Assembly (NCBI GenBank): GCA_040285825.1
Contig: JAUPSS010000005.1
Coordinates: 1,736,001 to 1,800,000, forward strand
Length of the DNA stretch: 64,000 nt
Origin: Eukaryota sp. TZLM1-RC
Lineage: Eukaryota; Protista; Metamonada: BaSk clade
Direction: 5' to 3'
Below the pieces are notes generated by a model. That model did not search any database. It was not told where the DNA came from and saw nothing but the letters and a program-made list of their open reading frames with translations. Of the stretch, positions 12,301-22,205 are shown piece by piece. Within the stretch, counting starts at the first letter, position 1; every line of letters starts with the position of its first letter. The translations under genes and the position numbers were made by a program.

Positions 12301-14378
12301 AATTGGTTTCCAAAAGCAGCATTTAAATCTATAATAGAAACTATATTCGAAAAATTTTCAATATTAATTCTAGAAAATAGGGAAATTAAAACAAGACTGG
12401 AATTCTTGAAATAAAAAGAACAAATTTTTGAAAAATTATGACTGACCAAATTATTTAAATTTTTGTACCTCTTCTTGATGCCCACTTGTCTACTTATGAG
12501 CTCTATTATCACGTCATCCGTCACGTAATCTTTCAGCTCCAAAATAGACTTTATTAACAAACAAGACGTGGATAATTGGTTAACTTGGTCTACCCAATTA
12601 TTTAAAAAAGGATGAATTAATTCAAAAAGTTCTACACAATTTGATTTAAATTTAAATAAAAGAGATGCCAATACTAGACCAAAACTTGGGTCAATATTAG
12701 CCAACCAATCAATTAATTTTGACCTACATGACGTGATTGTAGACGCGTAATCAGTCCAAAACCTTGACAGTTTAAATAAATATTGTGATAATCTAATCGA
12801 ATCAGAAAGATCAAAACATAGCTCAATAAAACGGTCAGAAATAACGAGAAAATCGTCAACAAAAGCTGGAGTTTTTGAGACTAAAATAACTTTAAATAAA
12901 CTGATTAATCTATCAAAAAGTTCATCATTGGGACAAATTAAAAGGGTTAGATTGACGGAAACTTTCAAACATAGATCACCATCAAAAAAGCAATCATTTG
13001 TCGAATCATCGAAATTTTTGCGTAACAAAAAAAGGCAAGTCGATGACAAGGAACTGTAGAGTCGATTGGTTGCCGAAAGGAGGATTTCTGGGTTAAGAGT
13101 AAAGAACTCTTTACTCTTAATCAAATCCAAGACATTTGTGACCCTTTCAACAATTAAATCAGATTGATTGATTGCTAAAATGATTGAAAATTGATTGCAA
13201 AGAATTGAAAACTCGGTAAATGACAGTAGCAATCCTTTTTGATGACTTTGCTGCAAAGTATTAAAAAAGCAACTAGAAATCAGTGAATCCAAAATAGAAA
13301 TAACAGAATCAGTGATTATATAAAAAGAATTAAATAAATTTTTGTAATCGTAAAAATCACTATTGAAGAAAAATTCGAGTTTTGAAGTAATTAATTTTCT
13401 GAAATGGTCAAATACTGGAATTAAAGCAAAATGGTGGTGAGTAAAAGTAATATCAAGAGAAAACCGGTTTAATTGATTTAAATAATTAATAGTATTTGTT
13501 TTGCTTAAATCATTGAATAAAATTCTATTAATCAGGTTTAAATTGTAACAAAATTTCTGATCCAATTTAGTTAAGACAATGTTCGATAAAGAATCACTAC
13601 CCTTGTTATTACCTTCCAAGAACAAATGGTTGAGAACATCAACTGAGGAATTTCGAATTAAAAAAATTAGAAAAATTCTAAAAATCAACTCTAATTCAGT
13701 TGTCAATAAACTACATAAAATTAAACACAAATCTATTCCAGATTTACATTGGGAAAGAACATATTTAGACTTTTTAAATTTAATTGGAAAATAATCTTCA
13801 ATAAGGGGCATTAAAACAGAAATTGAATTATTACTAAAACAATCAGCCTGGAGTAATAGACCACTAATAGGTCTCAATAATGAGCTAGCATTTTGACCTG
13901 TGCTGACGTCATCAAAAGTCAAAAATAATAATGACTTAATCAAACTTAATAGATCTACTGGTAAAGATAAGGTATGCGAAAGATAACAAGATTGATAAAA
14001 AGAGATCGCAAACAAATGAGCATGATCGGGGCCAAAAGGGGGAAAGAGGTGATTGTTGTTAAAGTGGTTGAAAGTGGTTAGGATAGAAGGGGAAAGAGCC
14101 TTATGAGCAGAGAGCTGTTGGAGGTAGTTGTAGTAAAGGCGGGATAGGTTAGAAAGAAGGAGGGGAGAGGGAGGGGATGAAGTCAGGAAGGTAAAGTAAT
14201 CAGATAAGGAAAGAAGGGAGCTGGCAGATATGTTAGCCTTCAGGAGACCTTGTAGAAGCTTGAGGGAGCAAGAGACGATGCGATCGGAAAAGGGCTGTGA
14301 TTGTAAACTATGAAGAGAGGATGTGATGAGAGATGGTGTAGGTTGCTGAAGGACCGTTGCTAGCTCATCAGGATTCAT
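9378..14378 (-). CDS. ESP1: Separase (peptidase C50)
   Basis: ~1670 aa single ORF. C-terminal WW..R, FPIES, INPSGDL, FLYCGHGAG (catalytic His), LMGCSS (catalytic Cys), GCLWDVTDKDLDR. Likely ATG at 14378. Confidence 0.92.
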   Translation of the reverse strand: MNPDELATVLQQPTPSLITSSLHSLQSQPFSDRIVSCSLKLLQGLLKANISASSLLSLSDYFTFLTSSPPSPLLLSNLSRLYYNYLQQLSAHKALSPSILTTFNHFNNNHLFPPFGPDHAHLFAISFYQSCYLSHTLSLPVDLLSLIKSLLFLTFDDVSTGQNASSLLRPISGLLLQADCFSNNSISVLMPLIEDYFPIKFKKSKYVLSQCKSGIDLCLILCSLLTTELELIFRIFLIFLIRNSSVDVLNHLFLEGNNKGSDSLSNIVLTKLDQKFCYNLNLINRILFNDLSKTNTINYLNQLNRFSLDITFTHHHFALIPVFDHFRKLITSKLEFFFNSDFYDYKNLFNSFYIITDSVISILDSLISSCFFNTLQQSHQKGLLLSFTEFSILCNQFSIILAINQSDLIVERVTNVLDLIKSKEFFTLNPEILLSATNRLYSSLSSTCLFLLRKNFDDSTNDCFFDGDLCLKVSVNLTLLICPNDELFDRLISLFKVILVSKTPAFVDDFLVISDRFIELCFDLSDSIRLSQYLFKLSRFWTDYASTITSCRSKLIDWLANIDPSFGLVLASLLFKFKSNCVELFELIHPFLNNWVDQVNQLSTSCLLIKSILELKDYVTDDVIIELISRQVGIKKRYKNLNNLVSHNFSKICSFYFKNSSLVLISLFSRINIENFSNIVSIIDLNAAFGNQLVTIILLFKYLFNHLFYLSFNEEYFSITESIYNLLISLISKDITHFNSLIIPLVFCFRFAISFLPYDVSNRFNSNAFDSIFGHEEEYFVSLMKMIPNGHDSRRLDQNLLNLIDRSLLPQNFKFSGTIIQAIVLLINSRHLQLNCSVFDSFILLKEAFKLLLYTNSNFEIKPTISICKLLNSSSESSIVLSFLFSTVYNFIQENCLYSLLSVSCGRSIASEIKQWRKYCQSILIGDKLGKLIDLFLEGDMCEVQNNTSFHVDDDVPAHVTNPIYQSIFRNKVVSECHHFAFIYPFLFYPFHQESSFFVSKVINFININSFKLLNGDHIDLVELSTKIWSLNDVCVPVGSLFKVKNSQIFGLLALKLFESGKANLGFLINSKSFSPSFSHLHRLNILKTKGQKFTVNSTVDSDLDFLENSFNNLDIQSNFQSNDVTSTATNFVNQIQQNLDSFDSPLISLTLLPNNSLLFAFISADSGPLFWKMEINFQPLLIEFNSILEESLDLLQSSKKKNLKSESEKSVWWNKRYSQNQNLGELLSKFDENLGFLKYLFLPIDDLSQLLDSATLKLFSKTEKNEKLKEFLDFIKKCLYLLIKTGSTDLYSYLTKNFIQNLNLSQSCHDDLSLLISKAHETCQPKISTRPRSVSTPVICLSKDHSNFDSSHVFLILDSNLQCFPIESCPFFSSNSITISRFLNYDHFSLLKSNLDSQMSMSIVDPNSVYYCINPSGDLPVTTKSFNEFKQKLNVTNNWTGVVDTCHDPQMSLSNMSNHHVFLYCGHGAGENVFSKYFLPSTKSPYLIALMGCSSSKLIDYNYFDSDGFVLNYLAFGNVSSFLILGCLWDVTDKDLDRLTYDLLLSTFTTPTSPLELLPRSRNCCKLVNLTGSSVISWGFPIFIKNELIIDSFEHKTPKLTRPNEASWASKTPCFDRMEVSSLSSSICALDLSPTPKKKPRKKKEASTSRPVRRSARIASRNLRL

Positions 14379-14905
14379 TGACGAATAGAGTACCAATAGC
14401 AGGGAAAATGTTGTTTTGGGAAAATCCCATCAAACTCAACTCTGAAGTGTTAGGGAGCTTTTTGATTCGTTGCACCACTGCAATGCCTGAAAGCAGTTGC
14501 TGAACCTTTACAAACAAAACTCCTAAAATGGTACATAAAACCAGAAATTCTACGCTTTTTCAAATTGTTATTCCTAACATTTTTAAAATATACCACAGTT
14601 TCCGTGGTTACAATTCACAACTTGAAATTTCAAATTTTATTGACTTCACAAAACTTAAAATTCGTAAAAATTCTAGTTTCTGAATTTCAAAGAAATATAG
14701 AAGATGATGGTGACCAAATTTGTACTCACTTAAGGGGTGTTATAGTTGTTCAAGTGTTAACAATACTTACGACTTGCACTGTTTTAGTCATTTAAAATGC
14801 GAATTTAAACACTTTTGAGAAGGTGAGGAGAGGAAATATGAATTAATATGCCACAACTGCTCCTGCATCAGAAAACCATTTTAATAACAAATATTTACAA
14901 CTCAG

Positions 14906-15262
14906 CTATTCAAGTTCATATCCAGCCTTCCTAGCTTTCTCGGGGTCTAATAAGGTGATGTTACCTTGTTCATCTACGTCTACTCCTCCTGGTGGTGCTT
15001 TACCACCACCAAGACTCTGAGGTAGAATTCTTCCACCAGGGTAGACGTGATGACCTGGTCCTTCTTCACCTCCAGCAAACTTTATTTCTCTAAACTTTTC
15101 CTTTTCTTCAGGGGTGAGGTTTTGCTTGGCTATGGACTGGTTATCGAGGTCTACTAAACAACCACCTTTGGGTGATCTACCGAGACCAAATGGAAGAATG
15201 GAGCCACCTTCGTAGAATTGTAAAGTTCCTTGGGTTGGTTCTGAACGTTGTCTAGATGCCAT
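14906..15262 (-). CDS. 118-aa Gly/Pro-rich orphan protein, copy 1
   Basis: Intact ATG-TAG ORF. Protein identical to 35849..36205; the coding differences seen are synonymous. Confidence 0.75.
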   Translation of the reverse strand: MASRQRSEPTQGTLQFYEGGSILPFGLGRSPKGGCLVDLDNQSIAKQNLTPEEKEKFREIKFAGGEEGPGHHVYPGGRILPQSLGGGKAPPGGVDVDEQGNITLLDPEKARKAGYELE

Positions 15263-15381
15263 GTGGAAAATAGCAGAATTGTTGTGTCGTAGTGCTTATT
15301 GAGCATGGTTGGTAGGTATCTTTGACAGATAGTTCATTATTTCCACCAAAAACAGAATTAAACATGGTTATTTACATTTAT

Positions 15382-16911
15382 TTACAAGGATCTTTGAAAA
15401 GCTTCAGTGTCTTTAAAAGATTTTTCTAAATTAGAAAACAATGATAAATTGGCATCCACACCTGAACCAGTGATGAGTATATTGGGAAATGGACAAGGAG
15501 GTCGACGAGGAAATGGGTCATTAAATGGAAATGAGTGACCAGGCATTGATCCCCAAGAACAGCCAGTCCTTTGAGCAGTATCCGAAGGCGTCTGGTGAAA
15601 CATGTGAAAAACTGCATTCTGTTGCCGGAATGCCGGGAAACAATGTGATATTCTTTCAAACAACAGGGAGGAAGACACTTGGGGTGAGAGTGTAGCAGAG
15701 GCTTCTCCCGAAACCAAGAAGAAGGCATTTACAACATTGGATTTGCCAGTGGCCAAATGATTGGTTATAATAACTGGACAGCTCTCCACATTACCAACTC
15801 TTTGTCCTTCCCATATGGCCGTACACTCTACCAAAGCAGCATTCTCGGCACACACCTGTTGGTCTTTGGTGGGTGTTAGCTTAGTGGCTGTAAGGAAATG
15901 AAGATACTGTTCTCCAAGTGTTTCATTGATGGATCTCACATGAGAGTTGTTTACAACAATGTGTAAGCTATAAAACGAAGACCTCAAACTGGACGTATCA
16001 CTTTGATTAGATGATTTCCGATCGATCGGGTTTGATGCAATAAACCCTGCAGTATCAATTACCCCTTTTGTACAATGGTAATCTCCCTTATTAGTTTCAA
16101 CTCCCACCACACGTTCTCGGTGAAATATGCCTGGTTTCTCAGTAATTAAACCATCAACTTTGGTATCTAGTTTGACAACTACCCCCAGTTCTCTGATTCT
16201 GCTTGACATATTTATAAGAAAATCAGATGTATTAATAAGTGCTTCGGAACCTTTAAATAAATTAATCAAATAGTAACCAAAATAAATGACACTTATTTTT
16301 GACGGTGAAGTCCCTATTAAGAAACAAAATGAATTAATTAATGCTACAATTAAAGGGGAATTTATAGTTGAAACAAAAGATTCCAAAGAAGAGTGGAAGT
16401 GAAGAAAGAAATCAGTACGGGATAGACCTTTGAAAGGAAAGGTCAAAACACGTGATAGGAGGAAAGAATCTGAGAGAAAATAATCAGAATAATGGTGACC
16501 AAACGAAATAAGTCTGTTTAATGTAGATTTAATTTGCTTCTCCTGTGATGGACAAAGCGAACAAAGCAAAAATTCAAAATCGTGGAGGGACGATGGTATG
16601 TCAACATAACCATTAGGTAAGTGATATCTGAACAAAGGAGAGAGTTTTAGAGTCTGTGGAGGTGTGATGCCATGCCGGGATGTAAGTTCTGAGATAAATG
16701 GTTTGAATACAGAAGAAGATAGTTGCGGGGAAGAATCAAGGAAGGTCTGTGTTTCTTCCAAAAAATGAGGAGTGAGTGAGCCACCAATACTAGATGATTG
16801 TTCAAGAAGAAGTATGTAAGTATCAGAGTCGTGTGAAGAAGCGACCTCCAGTGCACACTGAAGCCCAGAAGAACCTGCCCCAATGATGATGAAGTCAGGT
16901 GTTGGCTCCAT
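15382..16911 (-). CDS. FAD-dependent oxidoreductase (phytoene desaturase/retinol saturase-like)
   Basis: N-terminal DFIIIGAGSSG..LLLEQ...GG Rossmann motif, RVVGVET, TPSD...RTG..WGS. Confidence 0.75.
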   Translation of the reverse strand: MEPTPDFIIIGAGSSGLQCALEVASSHDSDTYILLLEQSSSIGGSLTPHFLEETQTFLDSSPQLSSSVFKPFISELTSRHGITPPQTLKLSPLFRYHLPNGYVDIPSSLHDFEFLLCSLCPSQEKQIKSTLNRLISFGHHYSDYFLSDSFLLSRVLTFPFKGLSRTDFFLHFHSSLESFVSTINSPLIVALINSFCFLIGTSPSKISVIYFGYYLINLFKGSEALINTSDFLINMSSRIRELGVVVKLDTKVDGLITEKPGIFHRERVVGVETNKGDYHCTKGVIDTAGFIASNPIDRKSSNQSDTSSLRSSFYSLHIVVNNSHVRSINETLGEQYLHFLTATKLTPTKDQQVCAENAALVECTAIWEGQRVGNVESCPVIITNHLATGKSNVVNAFFLVSGEASATLSPQVSSSLLFERISHCFPAFRQQNAVFHMFHQTPSDTAQRTGCSWGSMPGHSFPFNDPFPRRPPCPFPNILITGSGVDANLSLFSNLEKSFKDTEAFQRSL

Positions 16912-16934
16912 AAAAAATGTAATGTGGTTAATAA

Positions 16935-17300
16935 GTTTTTTTTATTATTTACTAAAACAAAAGTAACAAAACAAAACAAACTAAAACACATAAGAAACAA
17001 AATTCTCCACGCCAACTCTTGATGAATCTTTATACAGCTTGGACATCATTAAACTCAAGTACTTGGGAACACTTCTGTACAAGGCGAAAATGATACGATT
17101 CCTCCATAAATTCCCTGCAAAATTCTTACCGCTTGAGCGACATAAATTACCAAAATCATTGATAAAATTCAAAGCGGACTGTCCAATGTTGCCAAAAACC
17201 GAAAAGGCAAAAGGAACAAACGAAAACTTCGAGTAAAGATTCTTATATAAATCATTTAAAATATCAGTATATTTATTTCTTTTACGATCTTCAGATTAAT
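16935..17300 (-). mobile_element. 3' fragment of an RLE non-LTR retrotransposon (family E)
   Basis: EDRKRNKY..FVPFAFSVFGNIGQSALNFI..WRNRIIF, homologous to the RLE C-termini of the other copies, followed by a T-rich 3' tail. Confidence 0.7.
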
Positions 17301-18164
17301 ATATTTTTATTTATTCCAACAAAAACAAACTATACGACAAGATTAAATCAAGGTTAAATAAGTCAGCAAAATCAACATTATGGTTCAATGATAAGTCGGA
17401 TTGTGGAGGAGTTGATGCATTTACAATTGTGAAATCCATATCATGGACAAGTTTAAAAAGTCAATATCGGACAAGAACAGTAACTACATGGGCTAATGAA
17501 GAAACGACACCACAGTTATCAGGATACAGGATAGAGTAACCACTAGGAAAAAGAATTTTGAAGTTATGATGTAAACTAACAAAAATTTATTCTCTTTTGC
17601 ATTTAATTACAATGTGATCAGCACTGAAAACAAAAACTAATTAATGTAGGTCGGGATTTGTTACTAGCTACTATGTTCCTTGGATGTTTATCCTCTACCC
17701 ACCAATTCCCAATCACCACTCCCACTGTAATTCCCATTTACTGATCCCCTATTTACTGTTGATAATTCAGATAAGACTTTGTATGATTCCTCACCTATTA
17801 GTCATTTGTTCCAACCTCTTGTTGGTATTAAATCATTTCTAACTACCTTGTCAATTATATTGTTGATTTTTATGTTTCAATTTTTACTACTGATTTCATT
17901 ATTGATTTAGAAACTGTTTTTGTTCGTAATGCTACTGTTATCAGTTGATGTGCTAATGTTGAACCTGTTATTCCCCCTGTTCAATCTAATGTTGATTTCG
18001 ATGATGTAGTTGTTGTTGGTTTTATTTAACATGGCTCAGAAATTAATGATTTCCCAATTGAAACAATAGGAAGAAATAATAATGACGTATCTGTCATGGT
18101 TTCTTATTCATTTTTTTCATTTTTTTTATTGATATGATCAAAAAATTTAATCAAAATTTTTGTG

Positions 18165-21100
18165 TTAGATTTATCAATATCTGGAGACATAGAAAGTAAC
18201 ACTGGGCTGATTGGTTGGAAGATGTTCATTTAACTAGGTTTCTTTCTTCTTTATTGAATGAATATTCTCATGATTATGTTCACTTGTGGAAACCAGAAGA
18301 TGTTCAAGAATATTTGATGCAACCAACTTCAGATTCGTTTGAACATTCTGGTATTTTTTAACGTTCTTTTAGAGAACCCAATTTGCTTCCAAACATTATC
18401 TACTTACTCCCTTTTCCGACATTTATATTTTTTGTTCCAGTAAGTATAATGTTCGTGGGTCTCACTGGTGTCTTTTGATAATTGAGTTTCAACCTAACAA
18501 GACGCCATAGGGTTACTATATAGACGGTATTGCTACTGAACATTGGTTTCTTCCAATTAAAGAATTTATCAATAATTTGACTGGAGGGAATATTACCTTA
18601 TTTCTAAATTGCAATAGATTGAGTCAGCGAGACAGTCACGATTGTGGTGTATGGACTTGTTATTTTGCTAGACGGTAATTACTTTGATATCTGAAGGAAG
18701 TTTTGATTTATTTGAACTGCATGATAGGCTGAATCATTCTCACATTTATCAGAAAATGTATGAATTAAGAATACAAAGATTTAGTGATACAATAAGAGAT
18801 CATCAAGTTGAAAGTAAAAAGAGAAAGTGCAAAACTACATCAACTCCTCGTTTAAACAGGAATAGACAAGAGATTCCCATCCATCACTTGAACAATGCAA
18901 TAGTAAAAAAACTGCTCCATCAAAACGGAAAAAACAATAAAGAGCACTAAACCCCAAATCTGTGTAGAAAATACAATGTTGATTCTTGACAGCAAGAAAA
19001 TTTTGCAAAAAAAGCATTTTCTTTGCTCAAACAGGTCCTGCCGAGTCGTGGTGGTTTTAAGCCTGAATCTTTGATTAAGTTGACATCAAAGACCACTAAT
19101 CAAAATCTTTCTATGGTGATGTGCATTGATTTTGCACATATCAGGATGGTTAGCTTTACCAAAATCAGAAAAATCTATTTCTCCCAACTAATCAGATTAT
19201 CAACAAAATAAGAAAAGATGATTCAAATCTTTTGAAAAGAAAAACTCATGAAGAGTTTAATGAATGCATTTCAGATCAGAAAGTGTTTTTTATTCCCGAT
19301 TGTTGTTGATAGGTCTGACCAACACAATTTCTTTTTGGAAAGCCAATATTCGTTACTATTGAAGATGAGTTCCCAACTTAAATCTCTACCTGAAACTGAT
19401 ATTCATGTTCAGGCAGAATTATTCTCTAATGAAGAAATTTTGCTTCGTAGATTTTCAAACCTTATTGGCAATCATCAACCATATTATTTATTGAATCGCA
19501 ATTTAATCAAAATTGATGTAGAAGTATTGAAAAATCGATTCAGTGAATTTAATTTACCATTTTTCACTGTTTTAAATGATCCAATGGTGGATGTACTCGA
19601 TCAACTTTCACCAAGATGGAGAGAAGTTATCATCAGAGAAAATGGATTTTAACTTTGAGATACTCTGGTATTTGCCACAAGATTTATTAAAATACCCTAT
19701 GGACATTGCTTAGGCAATCTGGCATATAAAATGATTAGTGAAAGGCAATTCAAACTTCATCAAGAATTTATCAATATTTTATTTGTTGATTGTTTAGCAA
19801 CTGATTCACTTAGACAAAATTTGATTCAATACGGGCTCCATGATTGTGTATTAAGTCTCAAACTTTTTGTATTGTTTCAAAAAGATAAATTCATTTTGCC
19901 ATCTTATAAAACCATTCGTGCCACCGTCTACTCAATGGTTTAACATTCAAATGTGATATCCAAATTGAAAGAAACTGCTTCAAAATATCAACAATTACGA
20001 ATTCATACTACATGTTGCTTGAAGATGTATTGACAGTTCCAATTTGAACGTAATTTACTACCACCACAAATATCTGCCAAATTATATGAATCTTTGATGG
20101 CCAGAATTCGTTATATTTCAGCTGAGTATTATGGGCAAAAAAATGGTAAAATCAAGAAGTGCATTTCCACAGGATTTTGAAGACTGTGTTTATGCTGAAG
20201 GAGTTTACACTTTAAGAAATACCTTTGAGCAACAAAAGTTAAAAACTTTAACTTATCTTGATCATTTAAAACACAAGGCTGAACAGTTTCCACGATTTCC
20301 AACTGATGGCTTCAGTAGACCATCTGAGTAAATGGCCCAGGTAATTTTTGCCAATTTTAAAAATAGTTTGCAATTAAATTATGTAAAACAATTCAATCGT
20401 TTATTAATGCTTTTTTAAAAAAAACCCGATGTAGAAAATGTGTTAGCAGAAATCCACAAGCTGGGTGGATACTCAACGCCATTATCTACAATTATTTCAC
20501 TATACAGAATTAGGCTTTGTCAATTCAAAAACTTGTATTTAGTTGATGATAGAGATTGCATGAATTCTTTGTTTCGCCATCCTGAAAATATTGCAGACCT
20601 TCTGAATGATGAACTTTTCGATTTATGTGAACAACATGATATAAGAAATAATGAACTTAGAGACATATTTGAAGGTCTTATTGAGCCTTTTACTTGTCAA
20701 ATAAAGAATTTGGTCACTGGCGAGAATTTAGTTGATAACATATTTCCAGTTGATATATATTTTCTTGCAGACACTCTTGAAAAAGATCATGAAATATTGC
20801 TAACACCAGCAATCACAATTGCCCATTATATTTCCAGTAGAGAGAGAAAACCTCATCATATTTCTCCTGTCTCAACCACTGTAGGACCTATTTTTCAATT
20901 GATACAAGAACAATATAAAAGAATTATTGAACAAACAATAATTGATAATTTATCACCTACATATACGCTGAAAATGTCCAATACACTAGCCCAAATTACG
21001 AAATTCAAACAAACCGAACAATTTGACTTTTGGTCTAATATTCTCGAGTTAAACCAACCAATGTTCAAACAGAAGAGCTATAAATTCAACAACATTATCC

Positions 21101-22103
21101 CCACATATAGATTTAATATTGCAGTGGAATTAGTTCGTCGATATTTGCAAGGTCAGAAATGTAAGCCAGACAACAAGGCTAGTATTTTTTGATTTATTTA
21201 TTGATAATGTTGATGTTGAAACTTTTCAAGGCAAACGAATTGTTTGTGATCCTGGAAAACGTAATTTATTGTATTTTGGTAGTAAAAGGCTGATCAAAAG
21301 TTGTCCATGGTTCCTGAACATGAAACCGAACAGCAAAAAAATAGTCGGGTGATGAATCAAGACAAGAAGTACAAATGGTTGAGAACAACCCAAACGTCTT
21401 GGTCTTTTAAAAGTAGAATTAATGAAAAACAAGGAAAATGGGACCCAAAATACTGTGGCAGAGGAAGACAGAAACCAGACAATCGAAAATGCAAACACCG
21501 AATAATCCACCTTTGATGCAAATTCAGAAACTTTTATAGAGTTCTCAAACTTTGAGGTTACATAACTTCGACAGGTTTAGTTGACAATTGACTTTTACAG
21601 TCTTGACTTGTGGAGCATTCATAAAATACAAGCTTATATTCACAAGCAAAAGACTGAAAGTTGTTTTTTAAAAAACCTTGTTCAAAAGTTTGGCAATCCA
21701 AAAGACATTATAATTCTAACGAAATGATTATGGTAAAAACGGTTCCAAGAATTTAAAACATCATAGGCCTACTCGAGGCATTGGATGGATTCAATTTCTG
21801 AAAAGGAATGGATTTTAAGTATTGATGATTAATGAGGCTTTCACTTCAGCAAAATGTCGTGTTTGTTTTGAAAAAGTTGCTGCGTTTTTAAAAGTAACAA
21901 ATCCCAGATTCTATAGAAGAGAAAAGACTCCTGTAACTACACGTCATGGTTCATTAGCTTGTAATAGTGAGAGTTGCAAATTCAGTAACAAAGGCTCAAC
22001 AAAGCTTTTCAATAGAAATAAGCTGGCTTGTCTGAATATGTTTGCAATTGCTGAAGCCAGAAAGAGTGGTAATGAAAGGCCCCAGTATTTGTGTTGTAGC
22101 TAG
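18165..22103 (+). pseudogene. Decayed polyprotein, copy 1: 2A-like peptide - Ulp1/C48 protease - PolB-type 3'-5' exonuclease - Fanzor1 nuclease
   Basis: Manual multi-frame translation. LDLSISGDIESNTG (18165-18206). WLED..GSHWCLLI..YID..QRDSHDCGVW (18212-18654). Exonuclease motifs MCIDFA, NRNLIKID, QYGLHDC. Fanzor KTIRATV, FWSNIL..KSYKFNNII.T, RuvC-I CDPGKRNLLY (21245-), QKFGNP, PTRGIG, RuvC-II INEAFTS (E at 21834), CRVC..NP..HGSLAC..C zinc finger, RuvC-III FNRNKLACLNM, RPQYL. Many stops and frameshifts. Confidence 0.85.
18209..18678 (+). pseudogene. Ulp1/SENP-like (C48) cysteine protease domain within Fanzor locus 1
   Basis: DWLEDVHL start. His (CAC 18463), YIDG Asp, Gln (18625) and Cys (18643) all lie in one frame; internal stops present. 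Confidence 0.8.
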
Positions 22104-22205
22104 TTTTTGTAATTATTCCAGACGAAAATTGATCTTGCACTTGTGGGGAATTTCCATAAAACAGGAATGTGATTTTATTTTGTTCAACTTAAAACATTAG
22201 GGCAA
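22090..22205 (+). ncRNA. Candidate Fanzor omegaRNA scaffold / element right end
   Basis: Lies immediately 3' of the Fanzor stop, where Fanzor/TnpB omegaRNAs are encoded. Hairpin ttgtggg-gaatt-tccataa (22141-22159) enclosed by aattattcc (22111-22119) / ggaatgtgatt (22164-22174). Boundaries are inferred. Confidence 0.4.

Noticed and set aside
17300-18160. Left terminal inverted repeat or transposase for Fanzor locus 1
   Set aside because: No convincing reverse complement of the 22180-22205 end and no DDE/HUH motif found by eye; the boundary remains undefined.
18200-19900. Polinton/Maverick interpretation (protease plus PolB)
   Set aside because: Only an exonuclease domain is present. No polymerase palm, integrase, ATPase, capsid or long TIRs were seen.
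19941-19943. Non-standard genetic code (TAA/TAG = Gln) explaining stops in the Fanzor loci
   Set aside because: Host genes here are long open frames ending in TAA, TAG or TGA at expected positions, and the Fanzor copies also carry frameshifts, so they are decayed.
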